A stretch of DNA of 248,000 nucleotides, taken from assembly GCF_000400465.1 (NCBI RefSeq), contig NW_008806285.1:20001-268000 (forward strand), in the 5' to 3' direction. This DNA comes from Wallemia ichthyophaga EXF-994 (lineage: Eukaryota > Fungi > Basidiomycota). The position numbers and the translations under genes were made by a program. Below are positions 225,307-238,949 of the stretch, piece by piece. A model generated the notes under the pieces. The model was not told the origin of the DNA. It worked only from the letters and a program-made list of their open reading frames with translations, and made no database searches. Position 1 is the stretch's first letter; every line of letters starts with the position of its first letter.

Positions 225307-228300
225307 TTAGCAATCACTCAATGCTGATGAAGAGGTAGGAGAACCACTGGTTTCTCGTCTCATTCTTGCTTCAAGCAGTTTGCGCGTACGTGGAGCGACA
225401 GCGGCACCCCTTCTGCGTGGAGGGCCTTCTTCTAAATCATCCGAGTTGACTCTCGAGCTCCAAGACGTTGTCAGGATATCGTCGACTTTTGCGAGTGCTT
225501 TATCTGAATCCTCTTGGGAATGTGAATAAGGCTGATCTGAATACTTTGATTCATTTTGGCCTTTACCAATAAAGTTATACTTATGGTTCCCGCTGTCATA
225601 GCTGTCATACATCGGTGACGGTAATGCTTCACCGTTGACTGTATTGATTCCAAGTGATCCCATACCAGTTGATTGTCTCATCGATGGCAGTCTCATGAGG
225701 TAGTTCTTCATTGTAGACGATCTCGCTAATTCTGGTGTAGCCTCGATTGTTGGCAGGAAGTCTGACGAAGCAGGTGACTTTAATTTAGGTGAAGCGACTT
225801 CAGATCCCTTGAAGGCATTAGACATTGGCGATCTAAAGTCTTCATCTGTATGTTTTGAAGGTGAGTTGTTCTCCCCGCTATATGGAGATGTGAAGTGTTC
225901 GTCGCTTTGAGGAGACACTGCAATGTCGGACTTATCCACAACAGGCGGAGCTGAGGAGTCCATTCTACTGTTTTCAATGTTCTTCCAATCGTCAACAACC
226001 ATTTGCTGCTGCTCTACATTATTATTCACGTGTTGTGCATTCTCTTCCATCAAGGCAGATGTTGTCATTTGAGAAGCTCTGTATCTTGTACTGGTAGACA
226101 TGGCACTCCTACGCGTTTTGTATCTACGCACTTTAGACCTTGTTGATGAACCTCCAATTGAGTCATTCCTCGACGATTCATTCGAAGCATCGTTGCTCCT
226201 ACCTATGTTGATTATTCCATCGTCCTCATATGTTTCATCCTCATAAAACACTGTTGATCCACTACCTTCACTCCATGTCTCTATCTCTTGTCCGATCGAT
226301 TCATCCTCATTCTCATTTTCTTCCGGTTTCTGTTGATCCTTTTCTTTACTCTGCATGTTTGGTTGAATACTCAAAGCAGCTCCAAATGATTGCGGTGGCT
226401 CTTGTTTAGCGTTTGCTTGGAAGATCATTTCGGACCTAACAGCCTGTGGCGGAGGAGAGCGTAAAGTTTCAGGAAGGCTCTGCCAATCTGGTACTGGTGG
226501 AGGACTGACGACTTTGGGAGGTGAACTGACTGCATTTGGTGGAGGCGACACTACCCGTGGGACTTGAGCTTCAAGTGACCAAGAGGGTGGATGCACTTTC
226601 TTGCCAGCAAGTGGAGGTGATGGCAAGAATGGCAACTGAGCTAGTTCTGCGTCTTCAGGCAAAGGAGATGCCACCTGCGGCTCAGGCGACAGACCAGGTG
226701 GCGTCAACTGTGATTCATTTTGCTTCATTGCAGTATGGATACTACTATCAGCTCCATTTTTGTCGTCTTGGCCCTTGACAAATGGAGTGATAGCCATCTC
226801 ACGAAGTCTGGCAGCTTCGTCGTTGAACTCATCGCGAATGTTGTTCATGTCTTTGACGGTGTAGAACTTAGATTGACCAGCTATTTTTTCGGTGAACGGT
226901 CCATCGTCAACCTCCTCACTCTTGTCGCTCCTGGCTAATTCCGCGAAGTTTGGACTGAGAGGAACAGGAGATCTTGCCAACTTTTCAAGCAAAGGGGAGT
227001 GAGGTGACTTGAAATATGTAAGCGTGCATTGCAAGTTTTATTATGTCTTACCTTTTCTTTGCTCCTCGCAGACTTTTCAGGGTACTGCTGATTGCCAATG
227101 TCAAAATTTTCATTGACAACAGCGTTCATGGTTATAGGAGATGAGAAGCTGATTCTATCTTTCAGATCTTTGCTCTTGGATTTAGATAATTTAAACTTTT
227201 TGCTCCGTTTAGCGTGTCTGTCGGGTGATTTTGGCAACGGTGGGGGCGGCGAATCCATCTTTTTGGTGTCCTTAGCATCTTTAGTGCCCTCAGCGGTTGA
227301 ATTTGAGTCCGATTTGAGCTGTTCGTAGGAGATTGGAACTGGTGACTGTAAATCCTTGCTGATTGGAGTTAAGACATTGTCCACAGGTGACTTTGTTTGC
227401 TTAACATCTTCCATTTCAATCTCTCTTGGAGCATTGGCGGGAACAATAGAGTTTCTAAGCCATCCAGCAGCAGCAGGAGTTGGTTCACGCTTTGGTGGGT
227501 GGAAAGCCGTTTTGATAGCTTGGCTAAAGTCACCCCAAGGCGTTGAGCTGCGAAGCGGTGGCGAAAATGCAGATGGGATGTAATTGCTTTCGTCATTATC
227601 CACTATCTGTTGAGCATTCTTGTCCGATGTCTTACGCTGTCTGATTTGCGCGTCGCGGGCATTGTCAATCTGAGGAGAAGGTCTCTGCGAAAATATCTTG
227701 TTACCAATGACGCCAGATTTGTAGCGTTCACCATCTAAAGCCGACTTCATTGCATTGGCGTAAAATGCCATTGAGCCTGAGTTGTGATTCTTGCTATCTG
227801 ACATTTCGTCCAGTCTGCGATCGACGTCATAAGAAGAGGCATCTTGGAAACCCTCAGGCAATGGGGACTTTAGAATTTGATCCGTGATTTCGCTAGGAGG
227901 CTGGAATGATGAGTTTGTACGCTGGAAGACTGGCCTTGGTGATTGCTTTGGAGTGTTATTGTTTGAGGGCCATTTCCAAGGCTCATTGCGGAAAGAAGGA
228001 GAGGCAAGTCCAGAAGGTTGATAGCCCCAAGGCCTTTCAGCTCTTTCCTCTGGAGGGTTTGAGAAAGGCAGCGCATTTGGAGACATCATCTGAGCATCGT
228101 CGTCCGTTTGCCAGCTTGAATGACGGGGCTCTTCATCTAAATGACCTTCTGAGGTCTTGATAGCAGCTGGTTTGTCTATCTCCGAGATAGAGTCTGAAGA
228201 CCCATTCTCCATCGAGATTTGACGCTCTTTGGCGAGCCGACTGCGACGACGTTTGCGATAAATGAGACCCATGATAGTGAAGGCTGCGACCAAGCCACTA

Positions 228301-228794
228301 ATAATAAAAATGGGAGAGAGATATGCAACTTTGAAATCAGTGGAGCTGGAGTCGGAGATGGATTGCTGAGCATCTTCTGCGTTGTTGGTTGAAGGAGGGC
228401 TAGGTTGGACATCGTCGGTAGACTGGTCAATATCTTCGTCTTGGTTATTGTCTTGCTCTTGCAGCTCTTCTGGTTCATCGTTGATCTGGTCTATCGCCGA
228501 ATCGATGTCATCATTTGGCTGGTTGTCTTGATTTTCTTGATTCGACTCGGCATCGTCATCATTTGGAGACTAAAATTGGTTAGGATGACCCGAAAAAGCT
228601 TAGTGACTCACAGAGGAGGACTCCTGGTCGTCAGGTGCGGGATTGTCTTCGATATTTGAAGAATCCATATCATTCGGGAGTTGTAGAGGCGGACTAGTGG
228701 AACCACGGGTGTCGTCTAGACTACCAATGCCATGATAAGTACCGTCGTTGTATTTTTGACGCTTTTGTAAAGTGTGCTGACAGTTGTTATCCAT
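225307..228794 (-). CDS. Single-pass membrane protein with long disordered cytoplasmic tail
   Basis: TM AYLLPIFIISGLVAAFTIMGLIYRKRRR; long ORFs. Confidence 0.6.
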
Positions 228795-229949
228795 ATTGTG
228801 TACACAGCCAACGACCAAATTAACGTCGTCGTTGACTGCAGAGAAGTTTGAACGCGTTTTATCCAGTGTGTTCCTAATTGCTGGTTAGGTTTCTGACAAG
228901 ACATTTCTCTCTCACTCACAAATGAGCGTCTTGCTTATAAAAGTGGGGCTGTATGACCTCTGGGTCTTTAATCAAAGCTTGTCTGTTGAATGGGGGCACG
229001 ATGAAAGCGTGATTGAGAGTAAAGAGTGTGAATGTAGTTATAAAGGAGTTCAAATCCTTTATAAATTTCAATCGAGATGGTTCTTTATCAAGTAAATATT
229101 GAAATCGCGTTTTCGGATAGACGCGCTAAATAAAATACCTTCCTTATTAAGACGTGTGTAAGATCCTGTTTAATTTAACACTCGGATATGGCAATTTACT
229201 TTGTAAGACATTCATCGGCGTACACTGCTGCTACACTGTTGCTATTCCGCGTTTGTCAAAATTTGCACCTAGACTTTGCTAGCTGAAATCCTTGTCTTGT
229301 TGAGCGACTGGGATGTAAAGTAGTATAACGATGTTATAATCATATATAAGCCGCCATCAACTGCCTATATCGCGTTATTTAGAAAAGCCTGCGTATGTTA
229401 GTAGTCACCTGGTAGACTAGTATAGCGAACCAGCCGTTGAGGAACAATGAGTACATCTTGAAATTGAAAGAATCGTCATTTGAGAATAGCTTGATTGGAT
229501 AAAACAAGAGCAGATTGAATAGGCTATGTAGGAGCACTAATATCTGTATCAGGGGTACTGTGACCGTGATTAAGATGATAACGTTAATCTTATCATTCGG
229601 TCTGTTTAGCCGGAGTGAGAATAGCCTGTACCTCGCTTCCGCGCTAGCTCACTCGATTCCATTCGCAGCAAGGGCTCCTCCCATCATGTCGAAAAAGAAT
229701 TTGCGGTAGACGAGTCCCCCTTGCACGATTCAATAAGCATTTTAACTCTAAGCATTTCGGCTTTACTGACAGAGGCATGCGTAACAGACGTCTGAAGCGG
229801 TTATCAAAACAGAACAGCACACGGAAGCAACTCACAAGTAGTTGCCACCAGGGCAAACAGGCGGCAGACATCAATGCTGACTTTAGCATCGACAGCGACT
229901 TTCATTCTGTGCTAGTCCACGTGGTCGTTCCTCACAGACAGCGAGATCG

Positions 229950-230633
229950 ATCGAGATGAAAGTTATCTACTACGCAATAAGGTAGATAATACATCAGTAA
230001 AGTACTCAAAAGCATCTGCTAACGTTGTCTAGCTTTTTCATGCTTGTTATTTCCGCTGCATCCACGCTGAGCGGCTTATTTAAGGTGTCGTGGGTTTTCA
230101 AACGCTCTGTGAACAACATAGGGCTGTTCAGAATCTGTTACGATAAATTAGGCGTGCAAGAATGTCAGAGATTCCCTAATCAAGGCACTTGCGACGAACT
230201 TGGTGAAGCGTTCTGCACAGTGTGGTCCTCCGCAGGCTACACCATACAATTATCCTTTATATTTCTCGTCCCTTGTCTTTGTGCGATTACGCTCATCGCT
230301 TGTATCGGTCGCAAGGGCGGCAAGAAACGTCGTGAAGGGTGGAGATTGATGACATGCTTAATGGTTCTGTATTCCTCGCTTCAGCTCTTCACCGTCATAA
230401 CCGTGGCTGTCTTCAGCAAGACTAAGAATCTCGGCCACCTAGGCACTGGATTCTACATGACGCTCGTCGCTGTTTTACTTTCTTTCACGGCATGCTTCAT
230501 TCAGATCATAGCCGGATTCTCAGCTTCACGTAATTATGCATGGGCTAAAGAAGAGAAAGATTACTGGTTCACTGGACGCAGGTCAAGTAGTCTTACTGCA
230601 GATGAACACACGCCATTGATCAGCCACGGTTGA
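229950..230633 (+). CDS. Claudin/SUR7-like tetraspan protein
   Basis: IGLFRIC...C..FP...C, multiple TM segments; start approximate. Confidence 0.65.
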
Positions 230634-230759
230634 GGCGTGTGGTGCTGTAATTAGCTGTGAATGATTTCCCCTCTGTTGTTTTCGACTTTGCTAAAGTACT
230701 GGGGTGACAATGTGTTTTCTATTCCACTTGTGAGTATAACACCGTTCAAGGATTTGTAC

Positions 230760-231392
230760 AGTTTGATGTCATCTGGGTGGGAGTGAGTTTAAGTGTACAT
230801 CGCAGCAAGCAACAAACCTCTAAGAACTTTGCCAACGTCAACGTATATGAAGACTGTCGAAGAATTACGCATTCCGCTCACAACTCCGGCCTCTTTGGGC
230901 ATACCAGCAGCCAGATGAATGTACTGCCTCCCCATTGTCTTGAGGCCACTGACCTTTATGCTACTCCAAGCATCATCGTTTGTGCCGTGTATCACGACAG
231001 GTGCCTCATCTGTGCTCAATATCTGAGATAACTCCAACTGTGTCGTGTCTAAGGAGTGGCCCTGAACGGCCCTTATAAACCAAACACCAGACTCTGACAC
231101 CAGCTGGTAACGCTTTTTGTCGTTGTTCAAGACTAGTTGCTGCAACAGCTCGAAATCCAGTCCGCGCAATTTAGGCCTGCTTAGCTGTAAAGACTAATTA
231201 GAACGGACGGCTGGATGCGCACCACCCACGCACCAAATCATCCACCCTGATAAAGCCATCATTTCTCATTTCCAGTCCCTCCTTGATGGCACCATGCCTC
231301 AGAATATACGACAGCGTTTTCGAGTAGCGCACTTCTGGGGAATCTGTGGGCCTGCCTCTAGCGTTCTTTGGTGGCTGCTTTGGGTCCATCAT
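230760..231392 (-). CDS. TPT1: tRNA 2'-phosphotransferase
   Basis: SKTLSYILRHGA, IRAVQGHS, IHGT, YIHLA, GMR. Confidence 0.92.
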
Positions 231393-231517
231393 ATCATTTA
231401 ATTTTCTGAAGTTTTTACGTCGAGCCCCGCCTTCGCTTGCTTCTTCAAAGGTCTTTTAGGATATAATCAGGATGAGCGTAAGATCTAAAATTTAAGCAGT
231501 AGGCGTAGTACTGAGAA

Positions 231518-232135
231518 ATGCAATCAGTTAAGATTATTCAACCCACGCGTTATCAGCCGAGCTGCACTGCCGTAAGACGAGCCACAGCTGGCTTCTCTTT
231601 TCAATTAACCTCAGTTTTAGTTCAACAAGCCGCACTTTTATTCCTTCAATACGTAGACTGCAGGACTCTAGCAGCGATGCACCCGCCAACCCAAAGCTCG
231701 AGTCGATCGTCGATCAAATAGCATCACTTAACTTGGTTGAAGCTGCTGATTTGGCTCAATTGTTGAAGGTACATGGCTGTGCCTACAATTTTACGCCTAC
231801 TAACACCCAAGCAGACCAAATTGAACATCCAAGACGTCGCCATGCCTGCTGTTGCCGCTGCACCTGCTGCCTCTGCCGACGCCGCTGCTGAGGCCGAAGA
231901 GGACAAGCCAAAGGAGAAGACTATATTCTCAGTCAAGCTGGAATCTATTGATCAGACCGCTAAAGCAAAGGTTATCAAGGAAGTCAAGGCTTTGAATCCA
232001 ACCATGAACTTGGTCGAGGCAAAGAAGTTCGTTGAAAGCGCACCACAAGTTCTTAAGGAGGGTTTGACAAAGGAGGATGCTGAGAAGCTTCAAAAGGCAC
232101 TTGAAGCCGCAGGTGCAAAGATTGTCCTTGAGTAG
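231518..232135 (+). CDS. Mitochondrial ribosomal protein bL12m
   Basis: KAKVIKEVK..LVEAKKFVESAP...LEAAGA. Confidence 0.9.
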
Positions 232136-232185
232136 ACAATAAGTAGACAATGTATAAATTTCATTTCCTTCTTACTATTACTACA

Positions 232186-233972
232186 TTACTTCTCTTTAGC
232201 CACCTCTCTCACGCTCTCTTTGAATATTTTACATCCCAGCTCCATTTCGTCCTTTGTGATGGTCAGTGGTGGGATGAATCTGATAACATCAAATGCAGAT
232301 GTCGTGAGCAGCATCAGTCCCTTTTCCAAGCACCTCTTCTGCACTCTGCCGCCGACGTTGTTTGGTGTCGCATTGCTTATGCTAGCATTTGGGATTGGAT
232401 GCTTTGATGAGCTGACAAACTCGACGCCGATCATCAAACCCAATCCACGGACTTTTTAGGTATTTAAATAAGCGCGTTGAGTGAGAATCTTACTCACCAT
232501 CAGCAAACAAGTGCTTTGTCTCACTATCAGTCTGCAGTTCCTTCAAAGCAGCCAGCAACTCAGCTGAACGAGCCTTCACGTTGTCGAGTATCTTCTCTTC
232601 TCTCATGATGTTAGCACACTCAACTCCAGCTGCACATGAGATGGCGTTTCCTGAGTATGTTCCACCCAATGAACCCTGTAGCGTGTGTCAGAGTCAGCCT
232701 ATTGCACTGATTCGATGAGACACACCTTTGGCATTTTGTCGGTAAGCTCCTTGCGAGTCACAACGCCTGAGAGCGGGAAGCCGTTTGCAATTCCCTTGGC
232801 TATGACGAGGATATCTGGACGGACACCGGAGTACTCTGAGGCAAAGTATTTACCAGTACGACCGAAACCACTCTGCACTTCGTCACTGATAGTATTGTGA
232901 GCATACTTTTACTGTGTACTGCGAATACGCACATGATAAGCATGATATTGTTATCGTCGCAAATTTGACGCAGACCATGGAGATATGAAGAAGGAGCTGG
233001 GACGTAGCCTCTGTAAAGCATTATAATGAGCTTGTGTTGTGATGTAACTCTCGAAAACTCACCCCTCTCCAATGACCGGCTCGAGAATAATAGCAGCGGT
233101 ATCAGCAGGCGCGCTCTGCTGGGCAAGGAGCATCTCGAGCTGGAATAGACATTGCTTGACAAGTTCGTCTTCGGGTGTGGATTGTGGGAGACCCATTTGG
233201 TGTGCGTAAGGGAATGGTGTTGCGAAAATACCAGGCTGCGTGGTCTCAGTGAGGTACATCTCGTGTTAGACGACGCAAACTCACCATGCCGTGGCCAACT
233301 TGCTCTGCATAGATGGTCTTGGACTTGGTAAGTGCGGATGCACCGTACGTACGTCTGTCGAGTGTTAGATAAGTAACCAGCTGCATTCGACCAACACACC
233401 CGTGATAAGATCCTTGCATACAGATAATGTTGCCGTGCGTCTTTCCAGACGACTTTCTTGCGATCTTGACTGCATTTTCTACAGCTTCACTGCCAGAGTT
233501 GAGCTTGAGAAATATGAGCTCATTGAAGAGATAAGAAGCGGCGACTAACGAAGAAGAATGAGTCGAGCGAAGGATGTGGCATGACTGGGAGTAATTTCTC
233601 AATGAGCTGTACACTAGCGCAGCGTTAGAGGTGAAGCTGTTGCCGTCAGTACCGGCAAACCCACTATGGACGGTGGAATCCAATGCTGCACTGGCCGTGT
233701 ACGAGCGTGGCTACCTGCTCTTGTGCAGCCTTGGTGACACGTGGGTGGCAGTGGCCGAGGTTCGTCACGCCTGATATCACATTAAGTGGGCGAACGATAA
233801 GATAAGACAGACGCACCAATACCACAGGTAAAGTCGAGATACTTGGTCTCATTCTGGGCCACATCGTCAGCGCCACTATACCATTTATGCCGCTAACATA
233901 CAGTGTGAAGCCAGCTGCCTTCTCCCTTCTCAATCATATGGTCTTTAATACGGCCACAGCCGCTGGCAACAT
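232186..233972 (-). CDS. Class III PLP aminotransferase (4-aminobutyrate aminotransferase-like)
   Basis: [44 protein letters not shown]. Confidence 0.85.
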
Positions 233973-234449
233973 GCTTTTGTCCAGTTTTAATCAAATCAGT
234001 CATCGTTTCTGTTCAACACTCAAATCCTTGCGTGGTTCTTATTGCCTTCTAAGCGAGCAAATTAAGCGATGAGCCTGATTTACTAGCTTAGCGATACATC
234101 TTACCGATAAATTTACCGATAGGGCAGTAGTGATGATGTTAAATATCCGCTGGAACTATTCACGTGTACAAGAGCCGCGAGTGACTGTTTGTTGTGGTAA
234201 CCGGAGAAGCCATCCTCCTTCTTTTCTTATGTTGCATAGTAAATCTTACAGATGCTTATTAGAGTTTATATACCTTCCCTATCACTCCTCCCAATCTTCC
234301 TGATTTGAGCTTGCGTCAAAAATTGCGTCGGTCAAGACTTGGCTTCAGCGAGATGGCGTCGACCAAGTGATGCACGACTATGATCTTATTATTTATATTG
234401 TACTCTTAACATTTAAATACATTCGTTAGCTTTTATTTTACAACCAAGT

Positions 234450-237400
234450 TTATATATGATGTTTGTTGCTCGAGCGTATACTCTGTCCTAGCTTGCTGTC
234501 TTTGAAGTTCCATTCTTTGTCTATCTTCAGAAAGTCATCTTCAAGCAACTGTGATGCTGTTGGCCGCTCGCGCGGTTCAGCCTTGAAGCACGTGTCCTTG
234601 AATCTCACAGCGCTCTCACTCATCTTGATGCTCTCTTTAACTGGGGGTGCTGATCGTTTTTGTCCAACCTAAAAGGGTTAAACGAGTACTGAATGTCATG
234701 TTCAACTCACCTCCATCACTATCTGCACCATCGTCATCTTGGGCCATGGTCTTTCAGCCGTAAACATTTCCAGGAAAACACATCCCAAACTCCATATGTC
234801 GCACTTAGCTGAGTACCCAGTCATTCCAACTGAGTCTATTACTTCAGGCTGCACTGACATTAGCATTACGCTCGGATAATTATCACTTATCACTCACAGC
234901 CATCCAGTAGAAGGTCCCCTTCATGTTAGTGGCTCCGGCATTTGTACCATACGCATCAGAATCTGTTTATTTGTCAATCCTGCAATACACTACACTCGCC
235001 ACTCACCAGCAGCTTTAGAAACACCAAAGTCGGAAATTTTGCAGTTGCCCTCGAAATCGACGAGCAAATTATCCGCTTTGAGATCCCTGTGCCACACACC
235101 GCTATCATGAAGGTAAACTAGACCGTCCAACACCTGCTTCATGAAGAATCTAACCAAATTTTCTTCAAACGGACCGTGTCTCCTAAGACAGCGCATAACA
235201 GAGCCACCAGGAACATATTCAAGGAAGCTGTGCGAGGGGAGTTGGTTATAATAAAGCATTTCAACTACATTTACTCACATTGAAAAGTACTTTTCCGTTC
235301 TCTCGAAGCCTAAATAACTGACGATTCGATCATGATCGAGATCCTTGAGCAACTCAATCTCATACTTAATACTATCAACTAATTTGTTATCACCATCGTT
235401 TTCTTCTTCAGAATGAGCAGTCAAAGCAACCTGCTTTACAGCTAGCGGTTCACCAGTGTTGGCGTTGAGTGCCAGATACACATGACCGAACGATCCTTTC
235501 CCGATAAGGTCACCTTTGACCCACTTTATCGTAGATGGCTCATCTGTTACCGGTGAGAGGATATGATATTCTTTTTCCCTTTCATTCGGCTGGACCTGCA
235601 CAACTTTATTACCCCAGAACACCGTCGAGCGACGCCTCAACCCGTTCTTATCGTCTGCACTGTGTGCCTTTCTAATTGGAATGTTCTGATCTGGATTTGC
235701 TAAGTTTTCCTCTGAACTTAGCATCTTCTGCTCTTTCTGCTCTAAAGTTGGTTGCTCCAATTGGCTCTGATCTGTCTCATCTTCTCTTTGCCTGTATTTG
235801 GCGTTGGCATCTTGGAGATCTTTCATGGTATCTTCTCTCGCAATCTCAGCTGGTTCTTCATAGATAACTGATGAACGGTCGTTCGATTGATAGGAAGCGT
235901 CATCACCGACCCTGAACGACCTCGCTCTGTCCAATGCTTTGCGATGATCTTGAGCTACGTGTCTAATAGTTCTCGTCCTACGCATTCTCGAAGGAAGAGC
236001 TGTATGGCTAACGTTCTTGGGTATTTCTTTCTCCTTGACATTCTCGTTTTTCTCGTTATTTTGATTATTCTCACGCTTAGTGTTGTTTTTCTCATTTGTT
236101 GGTGAAAATTGCATCCTTGACTCCAATGTAGCACTTTCATCACCATTGTTCGACACTATAGGTCTGTCTAGATCATGTCCAGGGAAATACAGCTCCAAAT
236201 TATCAATCAAATCTTCCGGATTAGGTCTGAACAGAGCATTCTCATTTCGTTTGTCCCGAATACTTGAACCTCTATTCAATCTCCTTCTGTTCAGCAAGTG
236301 AGGTGATATTTTATTCGAACGCAATTGAGTTTGGGCAGGTGAACCTGAATCAGAAGCTGAAGTTGCAGTCGCTGTTGTAGTCTGCGGTTCGGAAGTAATT
236401 GTATTATTTTCTGGTATAATTAATTGTAATTTTCTTTTGTCTTGCTTTGAGGCATGAGTATCAGATCCACTAAGATACTCCGTGGTCGATTTAGGAGGCC
236501 TTTGCCAAGTAGCCACTCCTTCATCATCACTGTAGCTCTCTTCATTTTTATCATCTTTAATTGTTTCCGATGACAATGACTTTTGCGGCTGCTCATCTAC
236601 TATACTCCCTCTGCCAGGTATGATGGTTGCCATTTCTGGCGAAGTTGGTGTGACATTATGCCATGATTTCGTTGCAGTGTTTTGCTGATCCGCAGGCTTA
236701 ATCTTCCAGCCAAACTCATCGTCGTCATCATCAGTTGCTGATGAATAGTCCTCACCTGATGCCATCATACCATTGTCTGACTCAGCGCCATCAGGCTGTC
236801 TAGCGTGCGTGTTCGTTCCATCATCCAGTAAAAACTCCTGATCATCTTCAGCCGTAAACCTATCCTGACTATTCAAATCTGACGCTGGAGTCAACGGATC
236901 AACACTCGCTGTAGAAGACCTATTGGAAGATGAAGTGTGCTCATCAGGTATACTAGATACAGAGCTGTGCTGGTTGTGTTGGTGTGGTCTAGTATGCGAT
237001 GAGTTAGTTACAGACTGCGGCGAGATTGCATCGTTGGTTGGAATGTTCCCGTTCGCAGAAGGTGAAAAAAGTAATGTAGATTCCTCGCGTCCAAATCTAT
237101 CAATTGTAAAATCGTCATACTTGGCGTAAAAACCTTGATTTCCAGGTTTTGGCGTCGGCATGTTAGAAGGTTGTGGCATGCCGTCACTGGATACTGGCGT
237201 TACAAGTGTTGAGCGCGATTGCTGGTCTGAGGTTGGGCTTTGGTGCTTCGATGGAAGACTGCTGGTGCTCCACCCCGGTGATGCCAGTCTAGCTGAGTTT
237301 GGTGGGGATGCGTATGGTGGGGATGCGTATGGTGGGGATACGTATGGCTGTTGAGGGGGTGCGTTGTTCCTATACTGCTGCTGGTCGATTTGCTGATTCA

Positions 237401-238873
237401 TTCGGTACATCCAATTGAGCTCCTCTTCAGAATAAGGCCTTGAAGGTGGTTTGGCGGTACTAGATGAGGGTGACGTTGGCATCACATAGGGAGAGTCGGG
237501 GGGAGGTGGATGCGAAGGGTGGTTGACTAGGGTCTGCTGGTGCACTGGAAATGGGCTAGGTTGCACCTGACGAGAAGGTATCTTAATATTCGACTGAGAA
237601 TAAGTTTTTGGAGGCAGCGGTTTCATTTGAGTACCTGGCGATGTCACTTGTGGCTGAGGTGGAGCGTATACTTGTGCACCACCTTGCCTATGTTTGACAT
237701 AATTCGCTGGTATATTTGGTGGTACGGCAGGATAAACCGCAGGATTGTCCGAGTGATGGTAGCCGTCATACATATTAGAAATACTCCTTGCGCCTTGCAA
237801 TGGTTTTCGGTTGTGAGTAGTTGGTGGCACGCCAAGACTAGGAACTGGCATTTGCAACTGACGCTGAGTGGGATATGGGTGGTTATAGGGTTGTTGAGTT
237901 GATGGAGGTGGTCTTGAGCTCCACGAAGGCGAAGCCATTGCTGGGTATGGTGAATGTCGGGTTGATTTTTGTAAGCTTCTGTGATCTGCGGTATACGAAG
238001 ACAACGGTTTCCTATCAGTGTGCTGTTGCTGCTGTTGCACTCTCTCACGCTCCCTTAGAAGTAACAATCTTTCACGTTCCCTGTTTCTCCTGCGAACCAG
238101 GTCCACTTCGGAGCGAGGCATTTCACTACCGGCGACCTGTTCCGCCCATTGTCGCTGCTGACGCTCTATCTGTCTATTTTGCACCTCGCGTGCACGCTCG
238201 TCCTCAATCCGTAGATCCTCCTGTAGCTTCTGTGCTAACTCATGATCGCGCTGCTCTTGCTCGAATTTCGACATAAGGACATGCTGCTCTTGTTCTACAG
238301 ATGAGGAGGACATCGGTACACCGAAATTGTCAAGTCTAGTTCCAGTGCTGACGCTGCGTGAAGGCGCTGTGCCTCGGCTGCTCGGTCTTGGCTGTCTGCC
238401 AGGTCTCAAACTGAGCGGCAAGTTGAAATCAGTGTTGGTAACAGCTTGTGGACGCTCTACCTTGACTAGAATATGCGCGAGTACGTTTTGGGTTGAGTTC
238501 CTGGACGTCTGAGTGTTCAAAATTGCGTCCAATTCGCGATTGGAGATGGCTTTGGGAGAGGTCTGGCGAAGGAATAGATCTGTGAGGTAGAAATTGCAAT
238601 ATGGGTAGTCGTCTTCGTAGATAGGCAGCTGCGCTTTGAGATTAGCGCTAGTTGAACGTACACAGCGAGACTCACACAAGTAAGCACTGAGACTCTAGCT
238701 CTGTTGTAGCTGAACACGTTGCTGACGTCTACTGGATTCCAGCTGCCACCAACGATAGATACCATCAGGATTCTGATCTCTGCGGGATTGTCGAGTGACG
238801 CCTTGTGCTTGTGGTAGCTCATTTGCTTGTGGTGATTCGCGCTTTCGTCACTGTTTACTCTGAAATGTTTCAT
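234450..238873 (-). CDS. BCK1: MAPKKK Bck1/Mkh1
   Basis: WVKGDLIGKGSFG, HRDLKADN, FWKRR-like FWGNKVVQV. Confidence 0.85.
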
Positions 238874-238949
238874 CTATTCCCACTATCTCAGCATCAACGT
238901 CGTCTGCAAGAGATAGGCTGAGCACACAAAATAAATTTTATAAGCAAAA

